A stretch of 64,000 nucleotides of DNA from Promethearchaeota archaeon. GTDB taxonomy: Archaea; Asgardarchaeota; Lokiarchaeia; Sigyniarchaeales; SOKP01. Location of the stretch: NCBI GenBank assembly GCA_048941015.1, contig JBHLNZ010000008.1:16596-80595 (forward strand). Reading direction: 5' to 3'. How positions within the stretch are numbered: the first letter of the stretch is position 1; each line of letters starts with the position of its first letter. Below, one piece after another: positions 47,848-57,482 of the stretch. Position numbers and translations under genes: made by a program. The notes below the pieces were generated by a model, which saw nothing but the letters and a program-made list of their open reading frames with translations, searched no databases and had not been told where the DNA came from.

Positions 47848-48608
47848 TTTTATTGAAATTTTAAAATATTATTAGTAAATATTGTATACAGATGATGAAT
47901 AAATAATCAGATGAATATTTATACATTATTACTTTTTTTATACAGGAAAAAAATACTAATTGTTTGTTCTGTATATATTAAATAGTTTACCATATATTAA
48001 TATTTAATTATAAGTCTTAAAATCTGAAATTAAAAGTGAATGAGAGGTTAAATATAATAAATATTCTAATATTATATTTATTAAAAATTAATGTAATAAT
48101 TTTCTGTATATTTTAAGATATTATTATTAAAAAATAGTTTATTTATTTATTAAATTCATGATTTTTGTATTGCTTATTTATAAATCCCTAAATAATACTA
48201 ATTTTATGCAGATTACATTTATCAATTCAATTTTTGGTTGAATAATGTAATGTAAAAAAGAAAATAATATAAGCTAAAATTATCTGCTTCTGATCGTTAA
48301 TGTCAATCCAAAAAGATAAATAATTATTCTCTAATACTAAATACTTCTAATATTTTCTTACAGAGTTAATATTAAAAGTTCTTATTTAGTTAAACAATTT
48401 TCTATATAATAAATGACTTTTTAAAACGAAAATAATTTTCTAAAGAGATTCACATATTTTCAAAAAAATCGTGTATTATTATGTAGTTATAGTAATGATT
48501 TGAATACTAAGATTACAGATGAATATTAGATTAGACTTAAAAGCATTATTTTACTTATTTCTTTCGTATCCCTAGAATAATCATTCTATTAAGGGTTGAA
48601 AATTTATA

Positions 48609-48959
48609 ATGGAATTGAGCGAAACAAATTTACCAACGGAAGTCCAGGCTTTAAAATTAGAACTAATTGATAGTAAGAATGATTCAATAATTATAAATGA
48701 AGATAATCAAATTGAGTTGATTGTTAAAGCACTTTCATCTCAAACAAGACGTCAAATTCTTCATCAAATCCAAGATGATGAAAAAGGGATGGACGTTTCT
48801 AAAATTGCTTCAAATTTAAACATGACTGAGGCAAATATATCCGCTCAAGTAAAAAAGCTTGAAGAAGCAGGTTTAATTTATTGCGATTATTGTTCAGGTC
48901 AACATGGTGTACGAAAAATTAGTAAATTAAAATATAATCAATTATTTATTAAATTCTAA
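48609..48959 (+). CDS. ArsR-type wHTH regulator
   Basis: KALSSQTRRQIL...VSKIASNLNMTEANISAQVKKLEEAGLI...GQHGVRK. Confidence 0.9.
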   Translation: MELSETNLPTEVQALKLELIDSKNDSIIINEDNQIELIVKALSSQTRRQILHQIQDDEKGMDVSKIASNLNMTEANISAQVKKLEEAGLIYCDYCSGQHGVRKISKLKYNQLFIKF

Positions 48960-49033
48960 GTTCACTTCTTCTAATTTCTTAATTTCAGTCCTTAATTTAA
49001 ACTTTCATAAGAAGATTTTATTAAAACAATAGT

Positions 49034-50185
49034 TTAGGATAATGAACTTAAAAAATGAGATACTAGATCATTCTTGATTTTTTCAAAATGACCTAAGTTC
49101 ACTTTTAGAAGATCAGCTAATGTATCGGTTAAGCCTACTTTTTCAATTTTTTTCACAATTTTAAAGTATGGACTTTTTTCCATTTCTTTAATAAGAGCCT
49201 TATTTTCTTCAATATTACTAAATAGAAATTCAGAGCATATCAAATCTTCAACTTCAAGCACTCTTTGAGTAATAGCTAATAACATTGTATCGAATGTGAC
49301 TCTTAGTACGATTTCCTTATCAAAATCTTTCTTTATTTGAAATAAGTAATTTTTAAGCATTGAAATCGAATTTTTAAATAATTCAATAGAATCATACCCT
49401 AAATCTTTAATTCTTTTATTAAAATTAGGATTATTAGTTGCTGTTAAGCAAATAGCTGACAATGTTTGATACTCTGCAACAAAATGGATAATTCTTGCTT
49501 TTGCATTAATTTTTATATCTTCAGATTCTATCCCTTTTAGTAGTTCTTCTAAATTATTAAGTGCTTTTCTAAAATGATTAGCTATATCGTTAAATTTATC
49601 TGCAGCAGCTTCAAATTCTTTATTACTCAAGAAAGATTGAGCTTGTTTCTCAATTTCCCGGTAAAGTTCATCAAATTTATTAAGTTTCATTACAGCTTTT
49701 AAAATTAATTGTTTACCTAAATCTTTTGTTAAGTTTGACCGTTCATAGGCTTGACCTGCTTGAAGATAAAACTCTGAAGCAGGAATGAGATAATGATCCG
49801 GATCAGATTTAATTAAGTAATCAGCAGCTTTTGTCCAGCTTTCTCCTGCGGTTTCCCAATCTTGCATTCTAAATGATACATTTCCTAATTGATTTAATAA
49901 GTTTGCACTAATCTCGTATAGCTTCAATTCTTCTGTCTTACGAATTATCGATTTGAGTCTATAAGTTGCTTGAATATGATTTTTAAATTGCGAGATAATA
50001 TAAATAATCCTTATATAAAGCTCATCCAATTTGAGATAACTTCCCATATCAAGGTAAATTTGAGCGGCTTTTTCATATAGTTTAATCGCCTCATCACCTT
50101 TTCCCCTATCAGCGAAGTTTTCCGCTTGATCTATTAATTTAATAGCTTCAATTTCTTGAAATTCCTTGTCTTCATTTTGATACAT
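49034..50185 (-). CDS. TPR / alpha-SNAP-like alpha-solenoid protein
   Basis: Repeats AIKLYEKAAQIY, AGESWTKAADY, ASEFYLQAGQAY, AADKFNDIANHF. Confidence 0.65.
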   Translation of the reverse strand: MYQNEDKEFQEIEAIKLIDQAENFADRGKGDEAIKLYEKAAQIYLDMGSYLKLDELYIRIIYIISQFKNHIQATYRLKSIIRKTEELKLYEISANLLNQLGNVSFRMQDWETAGESWTKAADYLIKSDPDHYLIPASEFYLQAGQAYERSNLTKDLGKQLILKAVMKLNKFDELYREIEKQAQSFLSNKEFEAAADKFNDIANHFRKALNNLEELLKGIESEDIKINAKARIIHFVAEYQTLSAICLTATNNPNFNKRIKDLGYDSIELFKNSISMLKNYLFQIKKDFDKEIVLRVTFDTMLLAITQRVLEVEDLICSEFLFSNIEENKALIKEMEKSPYFKIVKKIEKVGLTDTLADLLKVNLGHFEKIKNDLVSHFLSSLS

Positions 50186-50285
50186 GATTAAACTTCTCCT
50201 TATTTACATGAATAATATTTTTATAAAAAAAGTAAGTATATTTATATTTTGATAATGAAAAAAGATACAATAAAGTAACAATATT

Positions 50286-51164
50286 TTACCTTAATAGTTT
50301 AATATTATGGGCTTGTAAAATATTTTTAAATTCTAGTGCCTGATAAATCGAGGAAAATGTCTCTTTTGCATCTTCAATAGCGCCATAAAAAATAAAGTTT
50401 GAAAACCATGATGCGAAAGACATTATACTAGCTCTCCTAAAGCGAGTATGAAATTTAGTATTTAATTTAGGAGATGAGAATTTAAAAAGGAATAAACTAG
50501 GTGCTGTTCCCACTGGAAGTTTAAGAGAAGTACTTATTAATTGCTGAGTTTCAAGGATATGTGCGACACTTTCTAAATCAATAACCCCTCCATCTACCCA
50601 AATTCTTTCAATTCCAATTTTCTTTAGGCCTTCAAGGATACTAACATTTTTTAATTGGTTTTTTTCAGTTAAATAAGCATATCTTTGAGTAGAAGTCATA
50701 TTACTTGATCCTATTATTAATATAACAACAGATTGGAGTTTAAATTTTTTTAGAATGTCCATCTCTTTTTGATTTTTTAAATTTGAAATTGTATTATAAA
50801 TATATTCAGATGTTTTAATTCCTCTTTCATTTAAATGTTCAACCCCTGCAATTCGAGCATCAAAATTACCACCCAGTACAAAAGGAGGGGTATAATTATC
50901 TAAATAAAAATCAAGATATTTTACCATTGCCTTAGGAGTACTTGCAGAAATTTCAACCAAATCTGGCAGATTATATTGTTTTGCTAAAGATTTTTGGTTA
51001 TCTATTCTTTTCTTTGCCTTAATTTCGTTGAAAATTTCGGGATTACTTCTATCTACTAAAGTTTGACCCATATAAAATAGTGTTCCTATTAATACGGGGG
51101 GTAGTTTAAAACCACCATATTCTAATTTTACATTATTATACTGATAATATGATGAATCCGTCAT
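50286..51164 (-). CDS. Divergent MtrH-like pterin-dependent methyltransferase
   Basis: PPVLIGTLFY.G...FN..KA...I..Q..L...AMVKYLDF; LKLPVG; YGAIE. Confidence 0.7.
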   Translation of the reverse strand: MTDSSYYQYNNVKLEYGGFKLPPVLIGTLFYMGQTLVDRSNPEIFNEIKAKKRIDNQKSLAKQYNLPDLVEISASTPKAMVKYLDFYLDNYTPPFVLGGNFDARIAGVEHLNERGIKTSEYIYNTISNLKNQKEMDILKKFKLQSVVILIIGSSNMTSTQRYAYLTEKNQLKNVSILEGLKKIGIERIWVDGGVIDLESVAHILETQQLISTSLKLPVGTAPSLFLFKFSSPKLNTKFHTRFRRASIMSFASWFSNFIFYGAIEDAKETFSSIYQALEFKNILQAHNIKLLR

Positions 51165-51239
51165 TTTAGATTTTGAAGTTTAATTAACCTTTTATTATAA
51201 ATTTTTTAAGTTAGAATTAAGCCACAATAACATATAAAT

Positions 51240-52433
51240 TTAATAAAGGTGCAATTTTACTCCACAATTCTTACAAAGACTCATTGAAAGATTTTCAAAA
51301 CAATGCTTATGATATAGGGTTTTGCAATTAGTACACCTAATAATATCTTGTCCTGGTTCGAATATAAAATTACATACCGGACAAGAATTAAATAGAGCTT
51401 CTCCTTCTAAATCTTGAAATTTGGCTAATTTTGCTTCAGCAATCTCAGGTTCTTTTTGAGAAACTCTATCATGAATATGAGGTTTCATTAAGGTTGTTAA
51501 CTTTCGCGCCTGAGAGACTTCTGTTGGAATTTTTAGGAGATAAAAACAATGTGGACAACGCACTGTTCCAGCTCGTCTCATTTTCGTATCTTTCTGAGAA
51601 TCTGCCCACGATGCTAAACAATGAATATGAAAGGGAGTTTGACAATTAGGACAATATCTACCACTTATAAAAAATGTACTTGCAGTATAAGGATTTTTAT
51701 CTGAGAAACATATAGAACATTTTTTATAATCTGCCAAACCTCTTATCTGAAGTAATCTTTGTTCTTGATCTTTAGTTAGATCTTGCACCCTTAATAAATC
51801 TGCTGCAATTTTTCTGAGGAATGATGGATTATCAATAGGAGAGACGCTACCATCACCATAGGTTTTAATATTAGAGATTGCAAAATCATGAGCTGCCTTA
51901 AGTAATGAATCAGAGTCGTTATTGTAGAAATATTTTCCTCCTGTTAGATCACTCATTCTTTTTAATATATTTAAAGTAGAAAGTTCTCCTAACCGGAAGG
52001 CATCAATTTTAATATTTAATCCTTGAGCAAGACGAGCCATTTTCAGAGGATCTACAGATGTTATAGTATAATTTCCATCAGAAACAATTAATATTCTTGG
52101 AATCTTAGCAGCAAGTTTTCTTAACTCTGAAATGATCATTTTTATCGATAGACCTATCGCTTCTCCCATTGCAGATTTTCCTGAAACTCTGAGGGAATTC
52201 AATGCTTGATATAATTGATCTTTAATATTAGTAAATTCTATGGCGGCTTTAGGCTTATCTGAAAAACTAACTATTGCAAAAGAAGTGTTAATATCATCAG
52301 AAAATCTCTCACTAATTAATTTTTTTAAGGCATCTTTACTGATTTCGAAACGATTAGGCCGATAATCAGTACGAAACATTGATCGTGAAGAATCAATACA
52401 AATAACTATGTTTTCAGGTTGCCTCTCAACCAA
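51240..52433 (-). CDS. vWA domain plus two C4HC3 RING/PHD-like zinc fingers
   Basis: VICIDSSRSM..TDYRPNR, SDG, TGGKY; CSIC..CPNC..HIHC..CPHC and CPVC..CTNC..HKHC..CKNC. Confidence 0.85.
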   Translation of the reverse strand: MVERQPENIVICIDSSRSMFRTDYRPNRFEISKDALKKLISERFSDDINTSFAIVSFSDKPKAAIEFTNIKDQLYQALNSLRVSGKSAMGEAIGLSIKMIISELRKLAAKIPRILIVSDGNYTITSVDPLKMARLAQGLNIKIDAFRLGELSTLNILKRMSDLTGGKYFYNNDSDSLLKAAHDFAISNIKTYGDGSVSPIDNPSFLRKIAADLLRVQDLTKDQEQRLLQIRGLADYKKCSICFSDKNPYTASTFFISGRYCPNCQTPFHIHCLASWADSQKDTKMRRAGTVRCPHCFYLLKIPTEVSQARKLTTLMKPHIHDRVSQKEPEIAEAKLAKFQDLEGEALFNSCPVCNFIFEPGQDIIRCTNCKTLYHKHCFENLSMSLCKNCGVKLHLY

Positions 52434-52641
52434 GATCCTAATACCTTGTACTACTAATTTTAAAGTCCGTATTAAATGCTTTTAATTTTTATATGTAACA
52501 TAAAGAATAAATAATTATGTTTTTTTTACAAAAATAAAGTTTTATAAGTTTGAGATTTCATAATTTATAAAAGCTTTTTTAATTAAGAAAATTAACTTAA
52601 AGTATTAATAAAACTTAATTTGGTATTTTATCCGATGCATC

Positions 52642-53850
52642 ATGTCTGAAAATGAAATTAAAAATGTTAAAGTAAAAGATTTCTTCAAAAGCTCTGTTAT
52701 TATTAACGAACTTGATGAAGCCTTAAAGTTCAAACCAGATTCTCTTATAGGTATTGATCAAGTTTCATCTGACACCTTAGTTGAATATAATATTAAAACA
52801 ATCGAAGATCTAGCAAAAATTGATTTAGAGAATCTTCCAGATATAAAAGAAATACCTAGTTCAATCCTAATTAAATGGGTCAAAATTGCGAAAGTACTAG
52901 AGAAAGCTATTAAAGAGCAACTTAAAACTCATAAAAAATTACTCATGATTGGTCTTGACAATGGCGGAAAAACATCTATTTTAGCAGTACTACAGGAAAA
53001 GTTTTCCATTATCAAAGCTTTACTTCCTACAAGGGGAGTTAAGAGAGAAAAGTTAGATTTTTTTGGTTATCCTATTATAAGTTGGGATTTAGGAGGACAA
53101 GTTCAATATAGGGAAAAACTATATTTTAATAGACCAGAATTATTTTTTACAGAAGTTGATTTAGTTTTATATGTAGTAGATACGCAGGATACTGAAAGAT
53201 TTTCAGAAGCTGCTAATTATTTCAGACAGGTATTAAAATCTTTAGAAGATTTAAATGAACACCCTCCAATTTTAGTAGTATTGAGTAAAAGTGATGTAGA
53301 TTATCGAAAAACCCTTGAATGGCAAAATAATGTAACTGCAATTAAAAACAAGTTCAATCAAATTATTTCTGAATATAGTAATTTTGCAGTAGATTATGCA
53401 GATACCACAATATATCAAAGAGAAACAATTTTGCATATGTTCAGCGAAGCATTAAAAAAGGTTTCTGAGACTTCAGAAATTGTAGAAAATATTCTTGAAG
53501 ATTTTACACATTCAATTGAAGCAAAAGCCGCAAGTTTAATTTCTATGGATGGATTAATTTTTGGTAGTTTTACTATTTCAGACGTAGATGAAGCATTAAT
53601 TAATAATACTGCTTTAATAATGCAAACTTTATCAAATTTTCATAATTCAATTGGCTTATTAAGAGAAACAACTATGAGTCTTAATTTTCCATTGAATGGG
53701 TTCACAATCGTAGGAGAAAAGTTATTTGAATACTCAGAATTGGAAATTCCCGTATATTTATGGTTATTATCTGAAAACCCAGATATGCTTTATGAGAAAA
53801 TTGATTATTTCAGAGAACAATTGTTACCTTTAATCAATATGTTTATTTAA
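52642..53850 (+). CDS. Arf/Rag-like GTPase with N-terminal HhH-like and C-terminal roadblock-like domains
   Basis: GLDNGGKT, PTRG, WDLGGQ, SKSD; C-terminal AASLISMDGLIFGS; N-terminal LIGIDQ...IKTIEDLA. Confidence 0.85.
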   Translation: MSENEIKNVKVKDFFKSSVIINELDEALKFKPDSLIGIDQVSSDTLVEYNIKTIEDLAKIDLENLPDIKEIPSSILIKWVKIAKVLEKAIKEQLKTHKKLLMIGLDNGGKTSILAVLQEKFSIIKALLPTRGVKREKLDFFGYPIISWDLGGQVQYREKLYFNRPELFFTEVDLVLYVVDTQDTERFSEAANYFRQVLKSLEDLNEHPPILVVLSKSDVDYRKTLEWQNNVTAIKNKFNQIISEYSNFAVDYADTTIYQRETILHMFSEALKKVSETSEIVENILEDFTHSIEAKAASLISMDGLIFGSFTISDVDEALINNTALIMQTLSNFHNSIGLLRETTMSLNFPLNGFTIVGEKLFEYSELEIPVYLWLLSENPDMLYEKIDYFREQLLPLINMFI

Positions 53851-54059
53851 AGGGAAGATAATTGTTTTTTTGCTTCTAATAAATAAATATTACAATTATC
53901 CATCATTTCTATTGCCTTATTTAGATTTTCTGCTACAGAATTTAATCCCATCTCTTTAGCTATATCAAACCATTTTTGAAAGCTTTCTTTATGAGAGTCA
54001 TTATGGTTTGCCCAATGTTCACATAATTTTGTTAATTTTTGTATTTGTTTTTCAACCAT
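53847..54059 (-). CDS. Small His-motif helical protein, putative metal-binding
   Basis: HWANHNDSH motif; directly downstream of cdhA. Confidence 0.7.
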   Translation of the reverse strand: MVEKQIQKLTKLCEHWANHNDSHKESFQKWFDIAKEMGLNSVAENLNKAIEMMDNCNIYLLEAKKQLSSL

Positions 54060-54137
54060 TTTAATATCCTCTATTAAGATATTATAATTTTAAATAATAT
54101 AAGAAAATAGAAAAAAGAAAAAGAAAGTTATTATAAT

Positions 54138-56495
54138 TTAAGCATGACAAAGCCTTTCAAGTAAGGTAGGATCAACAATTTCTTTTGATTCCCAGCCTTT
54201 CTCCTTTAGATATTCCATTATTTCATCTTTCATGTTAATAGGTATGTCCGCTTCTACTCGAATGAATCTTTCTAAATCATTTGGAAATTTAACTCCCTTA
54301 TATTTTCTTTCTAAGTCAATCCAATGAGATAGTTTGATCATTCTTCCTTTGGAGTTATCAGCTGGTCTTAAAGCTAATTTTGCTACTAGGCAAATTGCTT
54401 GTTCAATAGTTTCCGCAGTAGTCAATAAATGTTCTGGAGCTGGTCCTATAAGATGATCGGGAGTTCCATCTCGAGCATTGAATACTTTCCAAGTACTTTC
54501 ATCATCAGAACGCCCAATATACATTCTTCTATATTCTGCTGAATGAGGACCAACAACAGCTGGAACACCTAAACCATTTGCTCCAGATGCGATACTAGCT
54601 GCCTTTTGACTCATAGCACCCCAAGCAACACCTACAGCGCCTACTCTATTAAGGATATAATCGGCTATTTCTTCAAAATTGCCTCGTAAAGGCCTTCTTG
54701 CAAAAATGTTAGCAACTTTACATGCTGCTCCAGTAATATGAGGATTTGAAACACACGATCCAACATTAACTAAACCACCACGATCAAAATCTCCAGGGAA
54801 ACGGTCATATAATGTTTTACCCTCTTCATCCTTAACAAGACCAATATCCATCGCTCCACACCCAGAAACAACAACAATATAGTTACGCGTTAGGAATTCT
54901 TCGGCCATTTTATATAATTCATGAATATCCTTATCATAATTGGCACATCCAATTATCGCAACTATTCCTGGGATCTCACCTAGTACTATTGGAGCGCCTA
55001 CATTTCGAATTTCAGTATCTTGAATAGGACCCCTTCCGACTCTGACATTAAAAGTTTCATTTCTTATTTTGTTACGTCCGGCATACATCAATAATGTTAG
55101 AGGAGAAACATTTTTCATACAATCTGCTTCACATCGTCCACAGCCTAAGCACTCATCAAATACTTTTGCTAATACTGAAAAGTCACCCTCTTTTGCAAGA
55201 TTTACTCCCTCTACAAGAGGTAAATCGTTTGGACAATTTCTCTGGCAATTTCCGCATCCATTGCATCTATAAGCCATATCAATACAACCTTGTTCATCAG
55301 GAACTCCACTTTTTGCTTTTCTTATTGGATGTATCCTTACTGCTGTTTCTGCTGCTACTTCTCCTGCTTTCACGGGATCCAGAATTAAAACTCCTGGCAT
55401 TTTACCACTAACAAGATCTTCTATAATTTTTTCTGGGGGATCGTCAGTTCTATCAGGTAAACCGCCCATATTTTTCTCATTAGTAGCAATAAATGGAGCA
55501 CCTACCAATTGAGCTTGTTCGAAACTTCTCAAATTCACACATTGTTCATCAACCATTACTACATCTGCTAATCCTGAACGAATGAAATGTAATTGCCTTG
55601 ACATTGAACCAATAATTTTTGCTCCATCATAATATCTTGTTAAATCATGAGCTGTGCAACAAATTGCTCCTACATCTACTTTATTTTCAAGACCCGAAGC
55701 TCTTATATGATCAACTAATTCTATACCAGGTGCAACATTATGTCCTATCATTAAAATTGTTGCTTTATTTTCCACATCCATAGTACCCATTCCTAATTCT
55801 ACAATCGGAACATTAGGCTCCCCCATTGGAAAACCATATGCAGCAATTTGAACAGCATCAGAGATTTCCATTCCTACTGCATCAGCTAATCCAGCTACAA
55901 AGCTTTTTGATTCGTAATCTAAATAATTGGATTCTTGTCCAGTATGTCCTGCAGCCAGTACATGAGTAATAGTGTAATGTACCCATTCCATAGCAGTCTC
56001 TAAATCTTCTAATGTCTCAGGTTTCATCCCAACAATTAAACGAGTTAATGGCATTTCTACTGCAATGTTATTACCATAATTGATAGGAATATTCCCATAT
56101 TTTTCTTTTAACCAATGAAGGAGATGATCACCGTGAGCAGAGTGACATGAAGCTCCTATAGCACAAGCAATCTCTACAATTCTTGCTTGTTGTGTTTCCA
56201 TATTAATACCACAAGCACCAGTCCTTCCCTTCGAAAGATTGCATTTTCCATATGTACATAAACAACACATGTCGCATATTGGCATATAGAAGGGTTTATA
56301 TCGTTCCATTAAAGTAAAAAACCAATTCCGTAAAGTAGGAATATGGGGTTTTGGGTGAGGGCCCATTGGCTCCCATTCTGTTTCGTCACCATAACTAATT
56401 TTCCCAGTTGTTAATTCGAAGCCTTTAATTGTACCAAATGGTCCCTTATATTCATCAATTTTTAGTTTTGCGCCTTTCTTACTCATATTTTTCAC
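54138..56495 (-). CDS. cdhA: CO dehydrogenase, ACDS complex alpha subunit
   Basis: CDMCCLCTYGKC, GHN, ICCTAHD, DEQC, two ferredoxin motifs, GSCVSN, SQKA. Confidence 0.97.
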   Translation of the reverse strand: MKNMSKKGAKLKIDEYKGPFGTIKGFELTTGKISYGDETEWEPMGPHPKPHIPTLRNWFFTLMERYKPFYMPICDMCCLCTYGKCNLSKGRTGACGINMETQQARIVEIACAIGASCHSAHGDHLLHWLKEKYGNIPINYGNNIAVEMPLTRLIVGMKPETLEDLETAMEWVHYTITHVLAAGHTGQESNYLDYESKSFVAGLADAVGMEISDAVQIAAYGFPMGEPNVPIVELGMGTMDVENKATILMIGHNVAPGIELVDHIRASGLENKVDVGAICCTAHDLTRYYDGAKIIGSMSRQLHFIRSGLADVVMVDEQCVNLRSFEQAQLVGAPFIATNEKNMGGLPDRTDDPPEKIIEDLVSGKMPGVLILDPVKAGEVAAETAVRIHPIRKAKSGVPDEQGCIDMAYRCNGCGNCQRNCPNDLPLVEGVNLAKEGDFSVLAKVFDECLGCGRCEADCMKNVSPLTLLMYAGRNKIRNETFNVRVGRGPIQDTEIRNVGAPIVLGEIPGIVAIIGCANYDKDIHELYKMAEEFLTRNYIVVVSGCGAMDIGLVKDEEGKTLYDRFPGDFDRGGLVNVGSCVSNPHITGAACKVANIFARRPLRGNFEEIADYILNRVGAVGVAWGAMSQKAASIASGANGLGVPAVVGPHSAEYRRMYIGRSDDESTWKVFNARDGTPDHLIGPAPEHLLTTAETIEQAICLVAKLALRPADNSKGRMIKLSHWIDLERKYKGVKFPNDLERFIRVEADIPINMKDEIMEYLKEKGWESKEIVDPTLLERLCHA

Positions 56496-56739
56496 AATAA
56501 GTATGTCGTTATATTATTGAATAATAATTACAAATTCTATTAATAATTAAAATTATATTAGATGGTATTTTAAAATTTATATTTTCTGAGTAGAGTATAT
56601 ATTTGTGGATTTAAAGGTTAATTATTATATTCTAAAATACAATAAGATTTATTATTTTCAAAAAATTAGTGTGAAATTTCATTTAGTATAAAATTTTGTC
56701 AGAAAGTAAGAATTAAATTTGAAAAATAAGATTCGCTAA

Positions 56740-57336
56740 TTAAAGAGAAGCTAAAAATTCAGAAACAGCTTCATCGGACATCTCCTCATCAACTAAACTA
56801 TCATCAATTTCTTCTCCTATAAAATCAAATTTGAAAGAACATTTATCTCCACCAGTTAATATACATTCAACTTCACTTCCATCAACATCAATACCTAGTG
56901 CCTCAATAACTCCATTAAAAATTCCTAAATAAACAAAACATAAGTTTTTAGCCATAATATTTTCTTTCTCTTCGGTTGCTAATGATTCATAAACATTAAT
57001 TAATATATGGTCTTTTTTAAACAAACCTGTTATAGCACCATAACCCATAAGCATCAATGCTTCAAGAATACCAAAAATTACTTCTTTTTTAGTTGAAAGT
57101 GTCTCAGAACTCCAATCTTTTTTAGAAAAATATTTCTCCATGAAAGATTTTCCAAGTGTTTTACCAACCCAAATTAATATATCATCTGCATTAGTTCCAG
57201 CAAACTCACAGAATTCCATGATTTCATTCGGGCGTAGCATTACCAAACGCATTTCTTTTCCTTTATCACCAAAAAATAATTGCCCATCTTTTTCCTCAAT
57301 ATTAATTCCGAGATCCTTTTTTAAACGTTTATACAT
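56740..57336 (-). CDS. V4R-domain protein (Bet3/TRAPP-related fold)
   Basis: GKTLGKSF, MGYG, C..YLGIFNG, EVECILTGGDKCSFKF. Confidence 0.8.
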   Translation of the reverse strand: MYKRLKKDLGINIEEKDGQLFFGDKGKEMRLVMLRPNEIMEFCEFAGTNADDILIWVGKTLGKSFMEKYFSKKDWSSETLSTKKEVIFGILEALMLMGYGAITGLFKKDHILINVYESLATEEKENIMAKNLCFVYLGIFNGVIEALGIDVDGSEVECILTGGDKCSFKFDFIGEEIDDSLVDEEMSDEAVSEFLASL

Positions 57337-57482
57337 ACTATTGACACTTATTATTAATTTATGATAATTAATTAAGATATTATTTAATATAATAGAAATT
57401 TAACTGTCCAGAAATATAAATTTAATGTTTAAGTTAGAATTTTTCAAACTAAATATAAAAGGTATGGATATATTTATAGGAT

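Noticed and set aside
47848-48608. AT-rich gap as replication origin
   Set aside because: No ORB-like boxes with G-strings and no cdc6/orc1 gene in the window
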